A DNA stretch of 64,000 bases from the IMG/VR virus record IMGVR_UViG_3300027627_000003, positions 24,926 to 88,925 of that record. The stretch is one strand, 5' to 3'. Position numbers and translations under genes: made by a program. Source of the stretch: a virus. Lineage: Duplodnaviria; Caudoviricetes. A model generated the notes under the pieces. The model was given only the letters and a program-made list of their open reading frames with translations. It was not told the DNA's origin and made no database searches. Positions 40,458 to 49,897 of this stretch are shown in pieces; within the stretch, counting starts at the first letter, position 1; the number at the start of each line of letters is the position of its first letter.

Positions 40458-41846
40458 ATGATTATTAAGAATGAGATACTTAACATTGGCGATCTTATAG
40501 AAGATGTTTGTCCCGTTCTTGAGCAAATACATCTTACCGACACAGGCAGCACAGACGGTACTTTGGATGTAATTAAGGAAAAGCAGAAAAAATATCCTAA
40601 TTTACATCTACATAATTTTACTTGGACGCATAATTTTGCGGAAGCTCGTAACTACAGTTTAAGCCATGCTAAAAATGTAGATTGGATATTTTGGTTAGAC
40701 GGTGACGATAGGATCGACACCGAAGGTTTGCGTAAATTTAAAGACACTTCTTTAAGCAATCCCTCTGTTAGTGGTTGGCTTTTGCCTTACATTTACACCC
40801 GCCATGCAGACGGGACGCCTCAGTTAAAGCTACATCGTGAAAGATTTTTAAGGGCTTGTAATAACCCAAGATGGGTAGGTGCTATTCACGAGTATATGAT
40901 TGCCGACAACGATCATAATAGGTGTGTTTATGATGATTTAGCCGTTGTTCACACACGCAATGAAAGTGGCAAGCAGATTGAGGACCGCCGTAATCTTAAA
41001 ATACTTAAGCGTGAGTTTGAAAGAGACAATACCGAGCCTCGTATTGCTTATTACTACGGTAAAGAGTTGGCTGATTATGGTGAACCACAAGCAAAAGAGA
41101 TTTTAACACATTATTTAGATCTCAACGTAGGGCGGTATTGGGATGATGAAATAGGTGCTCGTTTTAGGTTAGCTAATATTTATTTGCGTGAGCGTAATTT
41201 AGATATGGCTATGAAGACGGCAGAACCTATTTATCGTTTAGACGGTACTCGCAGGCGTAGTGAATATTATTACATCTTTGGTGAAGTGGAATATATTTGT
41301 GGCAATTTAGAGATAGCAATCGACTGGTATAAAAGGTGTCTATATGATCCGCCTGGATCACCCAGAGTAATGCATCTTGCTTATTGGGGAGAAATACCAA
41401 TAAACAAAATGATTTTATGTTATAGGGATTTAGGCAGATGGGATGACGTATTTGAATGGCAACAAAAATTAGAGAATAAGTATTTTGCCAAGGAACTAGA
41501 AAGTTACGTTTTACATCCCAAAGATGGGCAAAAAACAGTGACACTGGAATTTGGAACCGAAGGTATTCGCAGTGATGGTTATGTAGTTAATAAAGAACCT
41601 TACCATGTAAATGTTGGTAAGTATGTTAAGTTCAAACCAGAACATTGGAAAATAGGTAAAAAGACACCTTTCTTAGAAAATTCTATAGACGGTTGTATAC
41701 TGGAAGAAGGTGAAATAAGCATCGACGATATATATAGAATACTTAAACCTGGAGGTTTTTTACTTACAGCACATAAACTTACCTTAAATAAATTTAAATT
41801 TAAAGGTAGAGAATCCGACTATTTTAAATACGAGAAAGCTAAGTGA
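40458..41846 (+). CDS. GT2 glycosyltransferase with TPR repeats
   Basis: DTGSTDGT, NFAEARN, WLDGDD and W.GAIHE, followed by helical TPR-like repeats. Confidence 0.85.
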   Translation: MIIKNEILNIGDLIEDVCPVLEQIHLTDTGSTDGTLDVIKEKQKKYPNLHLHNFTWTHNFAEARNYSLSHAKNVDWIFWLDGDDRIDTEGLRKFKDTSLSNPSVSGWLLPYIYTRHADGTPQLKLHRERFLRACNNPRWVGAIHEYMIADNDHNRCVYDDLAVVHTRNESGKQIEDRRNLKILKREFERDNTEPRIAYYYGKELADYGEPQAKEILTHYLDLNVGRYWDDEIGARFRLANIYLRERNLDMAMKTAEPIYRLDGTRRRSEYYYIFGEVEYICGNLEIAIDWYKRCLYDPPGSPRVMHLAYWGEIPINKMILCYRDLGRWDDVFEWQQKLENKYFAKELESYVLHPKDGQKTVTLEFGTEGIRSDGYVVNKEPYHVNVGKYVKFKPEHWKIGKKTPFLENSIDGCILEEGEISIDDIYRILKPGGFLLTAHKLTLNKFKFKGRESDYFKYEKAK

Positions 41847-42193
41847 AAAAATATTTAGATATTTTAAAAAAAGTTTTAGATGAAGGTACTCGTCAAACTA
41901 ATAGGACCGGTATTGTTCCGTTTAACATTGCTAGCTATGCACTTTTAACACACCTAGTAGCTTACGTGACTGATTTAAAAGTAGGCACGTTTGTTCATAC
42001 CATGCATGACGCGCACATTTATGTTAATCACCTAGATCAGGTTAAAGAACAACTACAAAGAAGCCCTCGAAGCCTGCCTGAATTAGAGATTTTAGAACAT
42101 ACTCCCAAAGATATTTTATCTATAAATTATAGCCACTTATCATTAAGTGAGTATAACCCCTACCCTACAATAAAAGGCGCTGTAGCTAAGTAG
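41843..42193 (+). pseudogene. thyA: thymidylate synthase with a large in-frame internal deletion
   Basis: N-terminus ..YLDILKKVLDEG...NRTG joined directly to VPFNIASYALL...DAHIY.NH; the catalytic PC motif region is absent (116 aa). Confidence 0.85.
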
Positions 42194-42794
42194 CTAATTG
42201 GTCGGCAATGTCTTCAATAGCACCTTCTTCAATGCCTTTTTTTAGGGTATTGAAGTAGATACACCTTTTATACTTTTGTAGATACGTTGCATTAGGTAGT
42301 TCTAAAAATGGACTGTCGCTATGTAGTACATCTTTAGATTTTACAATTGCTTGTATTGCAACGCGACTAGGATCACTGTCTTTGACTAAACAGAAAGCGT
42401 GTAGACCAACGGGATTTTGAAGTATTTTATCTTTTCGACCTGTCAGGCTATCCCATTGAAACATCCAGCTCATGCCGTGGGATCTTGCTACAGATTCCCA
42501 CTGTCCTTTGCATCCTAAATAATCACCACGATAAATAAAATCCGCCTGCCAGGATTTTTTCTCGCCTGCATAGTAATTAAAATCTGGATACGGACAGCCA
42601 GGTAAAAAATGATGCACAGCTAATTCAGCTAAGGCACCTACAAGAATATCACGTTCTATCTTTAAGGGATCTGATTGCAGAGAATCACTATAAGTATCTC
42701 GTACCCGTAGGCGAGCAAAGTCTTTTGCTGCCTCAACATGGTCTTTTGGTATTACTACCAATCTCCGTGCTGGTACGTGAAATCTTATAGTCAT
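42186..42794 (-). CDS. hypothetical protein, possible nuclease-like fold
   Basis: 202 aa; G.LAELAV...PDF...ADF...CKG pattern. Confidence 0.55.
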   Translation of the reverse strand: MTIRFHVPARRLVVIPKDHVEAAKDFARLRVRDTYSDSLQSDPLKIERDILVGALAELAVHHFLPGCPYPDFNYYAGEKKSWQADFIYRGDYLGCKGQWESVARSHGMSWMFQWDSLTGRKDKILQNPVGLHAFCLVKDSDPSRVAIQAIVKSKDVLHSDSPFLELPNATYLQKYKRCIYFNTLKKGIEEGAIEDIADQLAT

Positions 42795-42863
42795 TTGCTC
42801 ATCGTTTTTCTAGTGCATTTAGCTTAAATCCTAAACTCAAAGTAGTATCTTGGCAAGATCCAA

Positions 42864-44423
42864 TTATGCAAACACCACGCTTTGTCTTATGTCTTTAGGG
42901 AAATTATCTAGGTTATCTTTATATAAAAATTCAAATGAACTATCTAAAATAAAGACATCACATTTGTCTGTTTTTGACCTAACACCACGTCCTAGCATTT
43001 GAATAATATCTGTAACAGCTAGAAGCTGATACCACTTACGATCCAGCTTCATGCGTTCCGCTATGATAGGATCTTTGATGTCTGCAAAGGGCATCTTAAT
43101 AATAATCATAAATCGGCATCGGTCTTCAAATAAATCGACACCCTCTTTAAAACCAGGTCCAACTAATACTGTCGGCTCATCGCTCTCACAATGCTCCTCA
43201 AGTAGCCTTTGCTTGTCTGTATCTCTATTTTGAAAAAGTAATCTTGGACTTAAAATCAATTCCTGCAGTCGTTCAGTTATTTTATAACTATAAGTTTGTA
43301 TTACACCTTTAGACTTAGGGTATTTTTTTAGTATGGCTTTAATATACTTAACCATTGTAGGCATAGTGTCGTCTATTTTAGTGTACGACATACTACCCAC
43401 GTTCAGTGCGACTACAGGACGGTTTTCTGGTGGGAAAGTACTTGGTATGTCAAGAAATTCAAATTCTTTTATGCCAAGATTTTTTGCCATATTTTTAGCG
43501 TCAGCAATTGTTGCTGACATGAGTAATATTTTATTCCCCAAGCTCAAAGCTAACGGAGCTATATGATCTACAAACAGTGGTGACACAATACAGCCAGATG
43601 CTTGTGGCTTGACTACAAAGCGTACTCCGTTTTCATATTTAGAGGTGAAGTCCTGCATTTTTTCATACTGCGCCTCTAACTTTATAAAGTCTTCTTCCTC
43701 TTTAGTGTTGATAGGTTCTCTATCTAACACGGCACGCATTCGCGGCATAAGATTTAAACAGAAATCAACTACAGCCTCTATATTCACAAACCCATGCTCT
43801 AACTGATATTCCTCGTCTTCATTACAAATACGCCTTACGGAAGCAAACGCCTTAGCTGTAAAATGAATTTCAGCAAAGCTATACAATACACGCTCTAAAT
43901 TATGGCATTCGTCGAGTACCAATAATTGTCTTTTAGGTATATTTTGTGTCGCAAATAAAACGAGGTTATGGAAGTTAAGCAGTGTTATCGGCGATTCTTT
44001 TAACCCAATATTTCTGGCATCTATGTAGGGACAAATTTTGTCGTCCTCACACTCCTTAGATACGTTCTTTAAGGAGGGTAAATTTAGCCCGCATGGAGCG
44101 TTTGCACACGAATAATGGAGTAATCGCGCATAATCGTCTTTAAATACTTTTCCACAACTATAATTACTTTTACCTTTTAGTAAAACTAAATAAGATGCAT
44201 AATCATTATAATACTGGTCTTGAAGTATTTTTTCTACAGTAGCTATATAAGAGGTCTTATAGTATTTAGCCAGCGTTAAAGCTATTAAAGATTTACCGCT
44301 ACCACAAGGACCACGCAGAAATACAACATCGGTACGCTTGTGTGCTTCAACAATCTTGCACAGGTATTCTTCTTGGTACTGACGAAATTTATCGGCTGGA
44401 AACCAATGCGTCCACTTTTTCAA
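42864..44423 (-). CDS. SF2 helicase, DinG/XPD-like
   Basis: GPCGSGKS, KGKSNY.C, LDECHN, LMSATI, EGVD and QMLGRGVRS motifs. Confidence 0.9.
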   Translation of the reverse strand: MKKWTHWFPADKFRQYQEEYLCKIVEAHKRTDVVFLRGPCGSGKSLIALTLAKYYKTSYIATVEKILQDQYYNDYASYLVLLKGKSNYSCGKVFKDDYARLLHYSCANAPCGLNLPSLKNVSKECEDDKICPYIDARNIGLKESPITLLNFHNLVLFATQNIPKRQLLVLDECHNLERVLYSFAEIHFTAKAFASVRRICNEDEEYQLEHGFVNIEAVVDFCLNLMPRMRAVLDREPINTKEEEDFIKLEAQYEKMQDFTSKYENGVRFVVKPQASGCIVSPLFVDHIAPLALSLGNKILLMSATIADAKNMAKNLGIKEFEFLDIPSTFPPENRPVVALNVGSMSYTKIDDTMPTMVKYIKAILKKYPKSKGVIQTYSYKITERLQELILSPRLLFQNRDTDKQRLLEEHCESDEPTVLVGPGFKEGVDLFEDRCRFMIIIKMPFADIKDPIIAERMKLDRKWYQLLAVTDIIQMLGRGVRSKTDKCDVFILDSSFEFLYKDNLDNFPKDIRQSVVFA

Positions 44424-44445
44424 CGTCCGCTCCGCTATAAGAAAA

Positions 44446-44475
44446 AACCTACCCGATCAGTTAACAGGGTAGGTT
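44446..44475 (-). terminator. rho-independent terminator
   Basis: AACCTACCC/GGGTAGGTT stem with T-run on the minus strand. Confidence 0.6.
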
Positions 44476-44501
44476 AGAAAATATTCGACAATCAGTCAAC
44501 C

Positions 44502-44747
44502 CTAACTAGCTGCCGTACCGTTTTCAATTTTATCAAATAGTTCGGTCATATTAGCTAATTTACCCTCGGCAAATAGCTTCCAGTCTGCTCTACGCTTGCC
44601 AGATGCTGTTAATATAACCGATTTATTAACCTTCAAACCACGGTTATAAAGCAGCATATAACGTGTAGTATTATATCGCCTGTCCGTTACATCTTGACCT
44701 GCAATTACTTCATAACCAGCTTCACTAGTGTACGGTGCTCTTGCCAT
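44502..44747 (-). CDS. hypothetical protein
   Basis: 81 aa with GGGG RBS. Confidence 0.6.
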   Translation of the reverse strand: MARAPYTSEAGYEVIAGQDVTDRRYNTTRYMLLYNRGLKVNKSVILTASGKRRADWKLFAEGKLANMTELFDKIENGTAAS

Positions 44748-44833
44748 AAATAAACCCCAAAGTTAAGAATTTTAAATATGGTAGAATAAGCACAGCACAT
44801 AATCAACCCATTAGTCCTATTAGTAGAAAATTT

Positions 44834-45026
44834 TATACTGTAAAATATATAAATGTTATATTTTTACTTAATTTTTATACACAAAAAAATATAAGATAGA
44901 TTTTATTACATACAGAGGATTGGGAATCGCAGATTATAAGGAGTTACCGAATGAAATTCACTCAAAAGATCAATTCGCATTATACTGTTGTGGTGGCACA
45001 AAACGAAGAAACATTTAAAGTATATG
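44834..45026 (+). repeat. direct repeat copy 1 (blocks A 44834-44881, C 44933-44970, D 44971-45026)
   Basis: A (48 bp) and D (56 bp) are identical to 45912-45959 and 45997-46052; C is present there as the exact reverse complement. Confidence 0.92.
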
Positions 45027-45821
45027 TCTAAAGAAACAAAAACTCTTAATTTCCCATCTGACTTTTTAAATAAATTTATTTGTGGCACCTCAACTGAGGT
45101 TCTTAAGAAAATTCCTGATGAGAGTATTGAGTTAGCAATTACTTCACCTCCCTACAACTTAAAAAACTCTACCGGCAACGGAATGAAGGATGGTCGTGGT
45201 GGGAAGTGGTCAACTGCCGCCCTTTTAAAGGGATATGCAAATTATGACGACAATATGCCACACGATGAATATGCAAAATGGCAGCGGGAGGTGCTTACTG
45301 AGGTATTGAGAGTATTAAAGCCAGATGGTGCATTTTTCTATAACCATAAATGGCGGGTTCAAGCGGGATTGATTCAAAACAGACAAGATATTGTATCGGG
45401 CTTTCCTGTAAGGCAAATTATAATCTGGCAACGAGCGGGTGGTATAAATTTTAATCTTGGATATTTTTTGCCAACTTACGAAGTAATTTATATGATAACC
45501 AAGCCACAATTTAAATTGTCACCTAAGGCTAATGCATTTGGCGACATTTGGAGTTTTCCGCAGGAAATGAATAATGCTCATCCTGCACCTTTCCCCGTTT
45601 CATTGGTTGACAGAATTATAAGCTCTGCAAATGGTAAAATAGTCCTAGACCCTTTTATGGGTTCTGGCACGACTGCTTTAGCTGCAAAAAAGGTCGGAAG
45701 AAACTTTATTGGAATAGACATCTCTCAAGAATACTGCGACTTGGCTGAAGGTAGAATTAATGGATTCCTAAAAACTGGAGTTGACCCATTCCAAGCACAG
45801 CAAAAGCGGAGGAATGGTTAG
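45024..45821 (+). CDS. N4-cytosine/N6-adenine DNA methyltransferase (beta class)
   Basis: ITSPPYN (motif IV), HPAPFP and VLDPFMGSGTT (motif I); start moved to ATG 45024. Confidence 0.9.
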   Translation: MSKETKTLNFPSDFLNKFICGTSTEVLKKIPDESIELAITSPPYNLKNSTGNGMKDGRGGKWSTAALLKGYANYDDNMPHDEYAKWQREVLTEVLRVLKPDGAFFYNHKWRVQAGLIQNRQDIVSGFPVRQIIIWQRAGGINFNLGYFLPTYEVIYMITKPQFKLSPKANAFGDIWSFPQEMNNAHPAPFPVSLVDRIISSANGKIVLDPFMGSGTTALAAKKVGRNFIGIDISQEYCDLAEGRINGFLKTGVDPFQAQQKRRNG

Positions 45822-45911
45822 ACGATCAATGGGATCGTTTTGAAAACAATTGGTAGAACAAAACAGAAGTTCAAGAGGGTATGCCTTAAGGTTCATATCT
45901 TTTATTAGTAG

Positions 45912-46052
45912 TATACTGTAAAATATATAAATGTTATATTTTTACTTAATTTTTATACATCTTTTGAGTGAATTTCATTCGGTAACTCCTTATAATCAAT
46001 TCGCATTATACTGTTGTGGTGGCACAAAACGAAGAAACATTTAAAGTATATG
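45912..46052 (+). repeat. direct repeat copy 2 with inverted 38-bp block (45959-45996)
   Basis: ATCTTTTGAGTGAATTTCATTCGGTAACTCCTTATAAT is the reverse complement of 44933-44970. Confidence 0.92.
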
Positions 46053-46237
46053 ATGTTACACAACTGGGAAGTAGTAGAGAAATAAAATGTAAAGAAGATG
46101 GTCTAGAACAATGCCTAAGAAAATTCTTTAGTGTTCCAACAAACTATGAATCTAAATTAGAGCAACGAAAAAAAGGCTCTTGGGTATTTAAAGCACGAGG
46201 TAAAGAGTATTCGGTTACAAAATATTTCGGATACTAA
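46016..46237 (+). pseudogene. headless hypothetical gene (RBS and start codon inverted)
   Basis: Re-flipping 45959-45996 gives AAGGAG..ATG and an 86-aa ORF MKFTQKINSHYTVVVAQNEETFKVYDV... Confidence 0.7.
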
Positions 46238-46318
46238 CGGTAGTGCCGCGAGAGCAAGCTGAAATTGTAAATTGCTTGCAAAGATTAAATTGCAAATCTT
46301 CTCTAGAATAGAGGTAGT

Positions 46319-46843
46319 ATGTCCTTTCTAAAAAAAATCCAAGCTAAATACAAATTAACGGCTAGGGATTTACTCAAAGTCGCCGTAGGCGATGTCTTTG
46401 AAATAGTCCAAGGACCTAACCCACACAAAAAGGGCGCAGAGGATACCGTTGTTATCACCGTGGTTACAGTTGAGGATGATGGTTTTTATTATTTCTACGG
46501 CGATAAAAAACCTGAAGTGCGGGAACGGTTGTCGCACTCAAACAGTTTGTTTGTTTGGGGAATTAAGTCGTCTAAAAAAATAGGTAAAGCAAATTTTAAA
46601 ATACGACACTTCAAGAATGTTAGTTGGACAGTTACAGGCATCCCCTGGATTGATAAAGACCTAGCCAATCTCGACAAACGATATCAGCTTTTTATTGAGT
46701 ATGCCCCTAAGCGACTTAAATCACTTTATGACCGACAAGAAGACAAAAATTACCATTCTGAAAACGCTAGGATGGTAAAGTATTTTGCTGAATGGCTCGC
46801 CGCAGGCGAGGACCCTTTAGAATTTAGGTTCCCGCCAACGTAA
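46319..46843 (+). CDS. hypothetical protein with MSFLKKIQA leader
   Basis: 174 aa; GAGG RBS. Confidence 0.65.
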   Translation: MSFLKKIQAKYKLTARDLLKVAVGDVFEIVQGPNPHKKGAEDTVVITVVTVEDDGFYYFYGDKKPEVRERLSHSNSLFVWGIKSSKKIGKANFKIRHFKNVSWTVTGIPWIDKDLANLDKRYQLFIEYAPKRLKSLYDRQEDKNYHSENARMVKYFAEWLAAGEDPLEFRFPPT

Positions 46844-46859
46844 ATACTAAGGAGATACG

Positions 46860-47140
46860 ATGTCTTTTTTAACAAAATACAGGCTAAATATAACATTGCG
46901 GCAGCACATCCAATTTTAGAGAAAATTGCGGAATTGGCTAAGGGAAAAAATCTTGTGGATTTACGGAAACCAATTGAGGGTATTTTCGCTAAAAAAGATA
47001 TAGAATTTTCTTTTTCCCCTGTGCCGCATTTCTATATTAAACATGGTGGTAAGAAGATCATTATCGTGAACAAGAAATATGCTGAAGGAGATGAAGCAAC
47101 TATCGTAGTTGATGATATTGCCATTGGTTATAGCACTTAA
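46860..47140 (+). pseudogene. hypothetical protein with MSFL(N)KIQA leader; 1-nt loss near the start
   Basis: AAGGAG RBS, ATG at 46860; adding one A gives MSFLNKIQAKYNIAAAHPILEKIAELAKG..., in frame with ORF 46934-47140. Confidence 0.6.
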
Positions 47141-47162
47141 TGCTGCTACTGCGTCTGATGTT

Positions 47163-47525
47163 TTAATTTTTTTTAGAAAGTTTTTCGTCTAGTTTAATTT
47201 TTAGCCATTCTGCTGCTAGGTCTAAGTCGTCGAAATTTCTTTGGCTGGTGAAACCGTTATGGCTATCGCCTATTTTTACCACCCATCCGGCATCCCATTC
47301 CGAGGAAATTTGGACGTTTTTTTCGTGATAATAGTATAGTCTAAGCACTTCCTTAAGGTTCATATCTTTAGGTGTGTGTAACACAGGTTCGGCATCTGGA
47401 TTTTCTTGATGTGAACACACATGATTCCAATATATTGAATATAATTTTTCATCGTCGCAATCGACGCCATCACGTCCCATTAGTTCCAAAGTTTTTCCTA
47501 AAGCCCATTCTTTTAAAGCGCCCAT
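47163..47525 (-). CDS. hypothetical protein
   Basis: 120 aa; GGAGG RBS. Confidence 0.6.
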   Translation of the reverse strand: MGALKEWALGKTLELMGRDGVDCDDEKLYSIYWNHVCSHQENPDAEPVLHTPKDMNLKEVLRLYYYHEKNVQISSEWDAGWVVKIGDSHNGFTSQRNFDDLDLAAEWLKIKLDEKLSKKN

Positions 47526-47551
47526 AAATCACCTCCCTTAGTTATAAATAC

Positions 47552-47578
47552 TTATCGGTATTTTTCTAAAAAACTTTA
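47552..47578 (-). promoter_or_regulatory. sigma-28/FliA-type promoter
   Basis: TAAAGTTT-N11-ACCGATAA. Confidence 0.75.
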
Positions 47579-47614
47579 GAAATAAATTTTTATTTTTTAT
47601 TCTGTATTTGGATT

Positions 47615-47914
47615 TTATCTGTATCTGTCTTCTTGCATTCTGTCGCACAAGTCATCAATATAAGAATCATAAGCGCCTTCCTGGTACTTTTCCCAATCAG
47701 ACAGAAACTCTTTTTCGATTAGGCACATGATGCTCTCAGGTAGAAAAGCCGTTATATCTAATTTTTCTTTAGTCTTATCAATCAAATAAACATTTAGATC
47801 AGTGACAACACCTTTTCGACAATTTGGGTTATGTAGCGTGTGTCTAGTCACTTCGACATAAGGAGTTACTTCACCTTCGACATAAACTTCCAGTCCATTT
47901 ATAATAAAGTCCAT
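47615..47914 (-). CDS. hypothetical protein
   Basis: 99 aa; GGAG RBS. Confidence 0.6.
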   Translation of the reverse strand: MDFIINGLEVYVEGEVTPYVEVTRHTLHNPNCRKGVVTDLNVYLIDKTKEKLDITAFLPESIMCLIEKEFLSDWEKYQEGAYDSYIDDLCDRMQEDRYR

Positions 47915-47942
47915 TTTTTATCTCCTAACTTCTTTTTAGCTT

Positions 47943-49835
47943 CTATGCTCCCAACATATTTTTAAGTTTGTTCATGAGAACTTTAGGCAATTGCTCGACA
48001 TTATCGACAACTATATTTTTAGGATAAAACTTCTCAACAACATTTGTTTCAATGCCTATCCCAACTACTTCGATTTCTGCCAATTCTATATCGCGTACTG
48101 CATCCTTAAGATCTTTTTCCAGTAAAGTGTGGTCTACCCCGTTGCACCACGGCTCGCCATCAGACAGGACAAACATGATTTTTCGTTTATTTTGTTGCTG
48201 ATAAAGTCTATCGGCAAAAAATCTGATACTCTCACCATCAACATTTTCATGGCTGGCGGAAATATCCATCAAAGATTGGATATTTTCTGAATCAAAGCTT
48301 TTATATACCGTCAATGCTAGTGGTTGATTTCTTGTCGCTCCGGTTTTAATGCGTTCACCAGTAGTTGTAAAACCGCCAATTTCAAAATTGATGTCTAATG
48401 CTTTAAGAGATTCACCTAATATAATTGCTGCTTTTCTTGCTGTTTCAATTTTATTGCCTCTCATTGAACCACTTTGATCGATTACTAAACTGACGCTTAT
48501 TGATCTATTTTCTTCATGTTTGCGTGTTTTAAAAGGGCGATCATATCCAGGTGAGGTAAGTACTTTTACAAGAGCCTTATTATTTATCGCTCCAACATCT
48601 TGTTCTACGAGCCAACCAGAATCCGATTCGGCAGTCAGTATTTCATCTAGCTCAATAGCTGTCTTATCTATTAGTCCCCTCAAAGGGGCTACAGCCTTTA
48701 GGTACTCTTTATCGAAATTTCTGGATAGGTCCACAGTTATATCTGCAGCTAACTTTGCTGCTACATATTCGTTTTGTTCGTTCTCACATATCGATTTTAA
48801 ATGTTCTTCAATATAGCTGTGTATGTCGATTGGCACATCAGATTGTGTATCGTCTAGTATATCCTCAACCGCATTTATAATATCTTTTAGTGAAATATTT
48901 ACGTTATAGTCCTGTTCGCCTTGAGCGTCCTGTGCGTCCTGTTCGCCTAGTGCTTCCTTTTCGCTTATAGCCTGTTCGCTTAAAGCGTGCATTTCGTCCT
49001 CGTCCTCGTCGTCAGTGTCGCCCTCGCCTTGAGCGTCCTGTTCGCCTTGGTCACCACCAGTGTCCTGTTCGTCCTGTTCGCCTTGGTCGCCATGTTCGCC
49101 TTGAGCGTCCTGTGCGTCCTGTTCGCCTTGGTCGCCAGTGTCCTGCTCGCCCTGTTCGCCAGTGTCCTGCTCGCCTTGGTCGCCCTGTTCGCCTTGGTCG
49201 CCTTGCTCGCCTTGAGCATCTTGTTTGTCTAGAACCTCTTGCTCGTCTTGGGCTTGTTGTAATTCTTGCTCTTTTTTACGATTTATAATCAAGCGCGTTA
49301 TTTCTTTAGTAATTTTGTGTACTTCAGATGTATTTTCTACGTTACGCAAATTAAGGGCTAGATCGATTACATCGGGAGTAAACAACGCTTTAGTATCGCT
49401 ATCTAATCGCAGTGATTTGCCTTCCATAATCCTACGCACATTATCGCAGACGCGAAAAATAGCAGGTAATTCAGACCACCGTTGCTCGTTAATTTTACCC
49501 CATTTATCGTTAATAAAATCTAGGTTGTAACGACATCCTGGATATTTATCGATCATCAGTTTTTCGATACGTGAATCTTCACAGGCGTTTGTCATAAACC
49601 TATGTAAATCATTATCGAATTTAGATACCCCAAAGTCTGTAAATAAACAGTGGGCTACTTCGTGATCTAAAAATCCTTCAATTTCTTTACGGAATTCTAC
49701 ATCAATTTTATTTGGTAATGCTGGGAGATAAATCGCCTTACCATTTGTGTAAGGTTGTTTACCTTGAAAATATACTTCTATTTTGTACTGACCGCTAATC
49801 AGCCTTGCCAGTTTTTTCATGCTATTTTCTAACAT
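47943..49835 (-). CDS. CobT-like vWA-domain protein (MoxR partner), paralogue 1
   Basis: HEVAH, EDxRIE, acidic repeat linker, and MIDAS DQSGSM...DGE...SDGEP; start moved to ATG 49835. Confidence 0.88.
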   Translation of the reverse strand: MLENSMKKLARLISGQYKIEVYFQGKQPYTNGKAIYLPALPNKIDVEFRKEIEGFLDHEVAHCLFTDFGVSKFDNDLHRFMTNACEDSRIEKLMIDKYPGCRYNLDFINDKWGKINEQRWSELPAIFRVCDNVRRIMEGKSLRLDSDTKALFTPDVIDLALNLRNVENTSEVHKITKEITRLIINRKKEQELQQAQDEQEVLDKQDAQGEQGDQGEQGDQGEQDTGEQGEQDTGDQGEQDAQDAQGEHGDQGEQDEQDTGGDQGEQDAQGEGDTDDEDEDEMHALSEQAISEKEALGEQDAQDAQGEQDYNVNISLKDIINAVEDILDDTQSDVPIDIHSYIEEHLKSICENEQNEYVAAKLAADITVDLSRNFDKEYLKAVAPLRGLIDKTAIELDEILTAESDSGWLVEQDVGAINNKALVKVLTSPGYDRPFKTRKHEENRSISVSLVIDQSGSMRGNKIETARKAAIILGESLKALDINFEIGGFTTTGERIKTGATRNQPLALTVYKSFDSENIQSLMDISASHENVDGESIRFFADRLYQQQNKRKIMFVLSDGEPWCNGVDHTLLEKDLKDAVRDIELAEIEVVGIGIETNVVEKFYPKNIVVDNVEQLPKVLMNKLKNMLGA

Positions 49836-49860
49836 AATTACTCCTACACTCGATAAAGAC

Positions 49861-49887
49861 ATATCGGTAATAATTTATAAAACTTTA
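49861..49887 (-). promoter_or_regulatory. sigma-28/FliA-type promoter
   Basis: TAAAGTTT-N11-ACCGATAT. Confidence 0.7.
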
Positions 49888-49897
49888 ATTTTATTTT

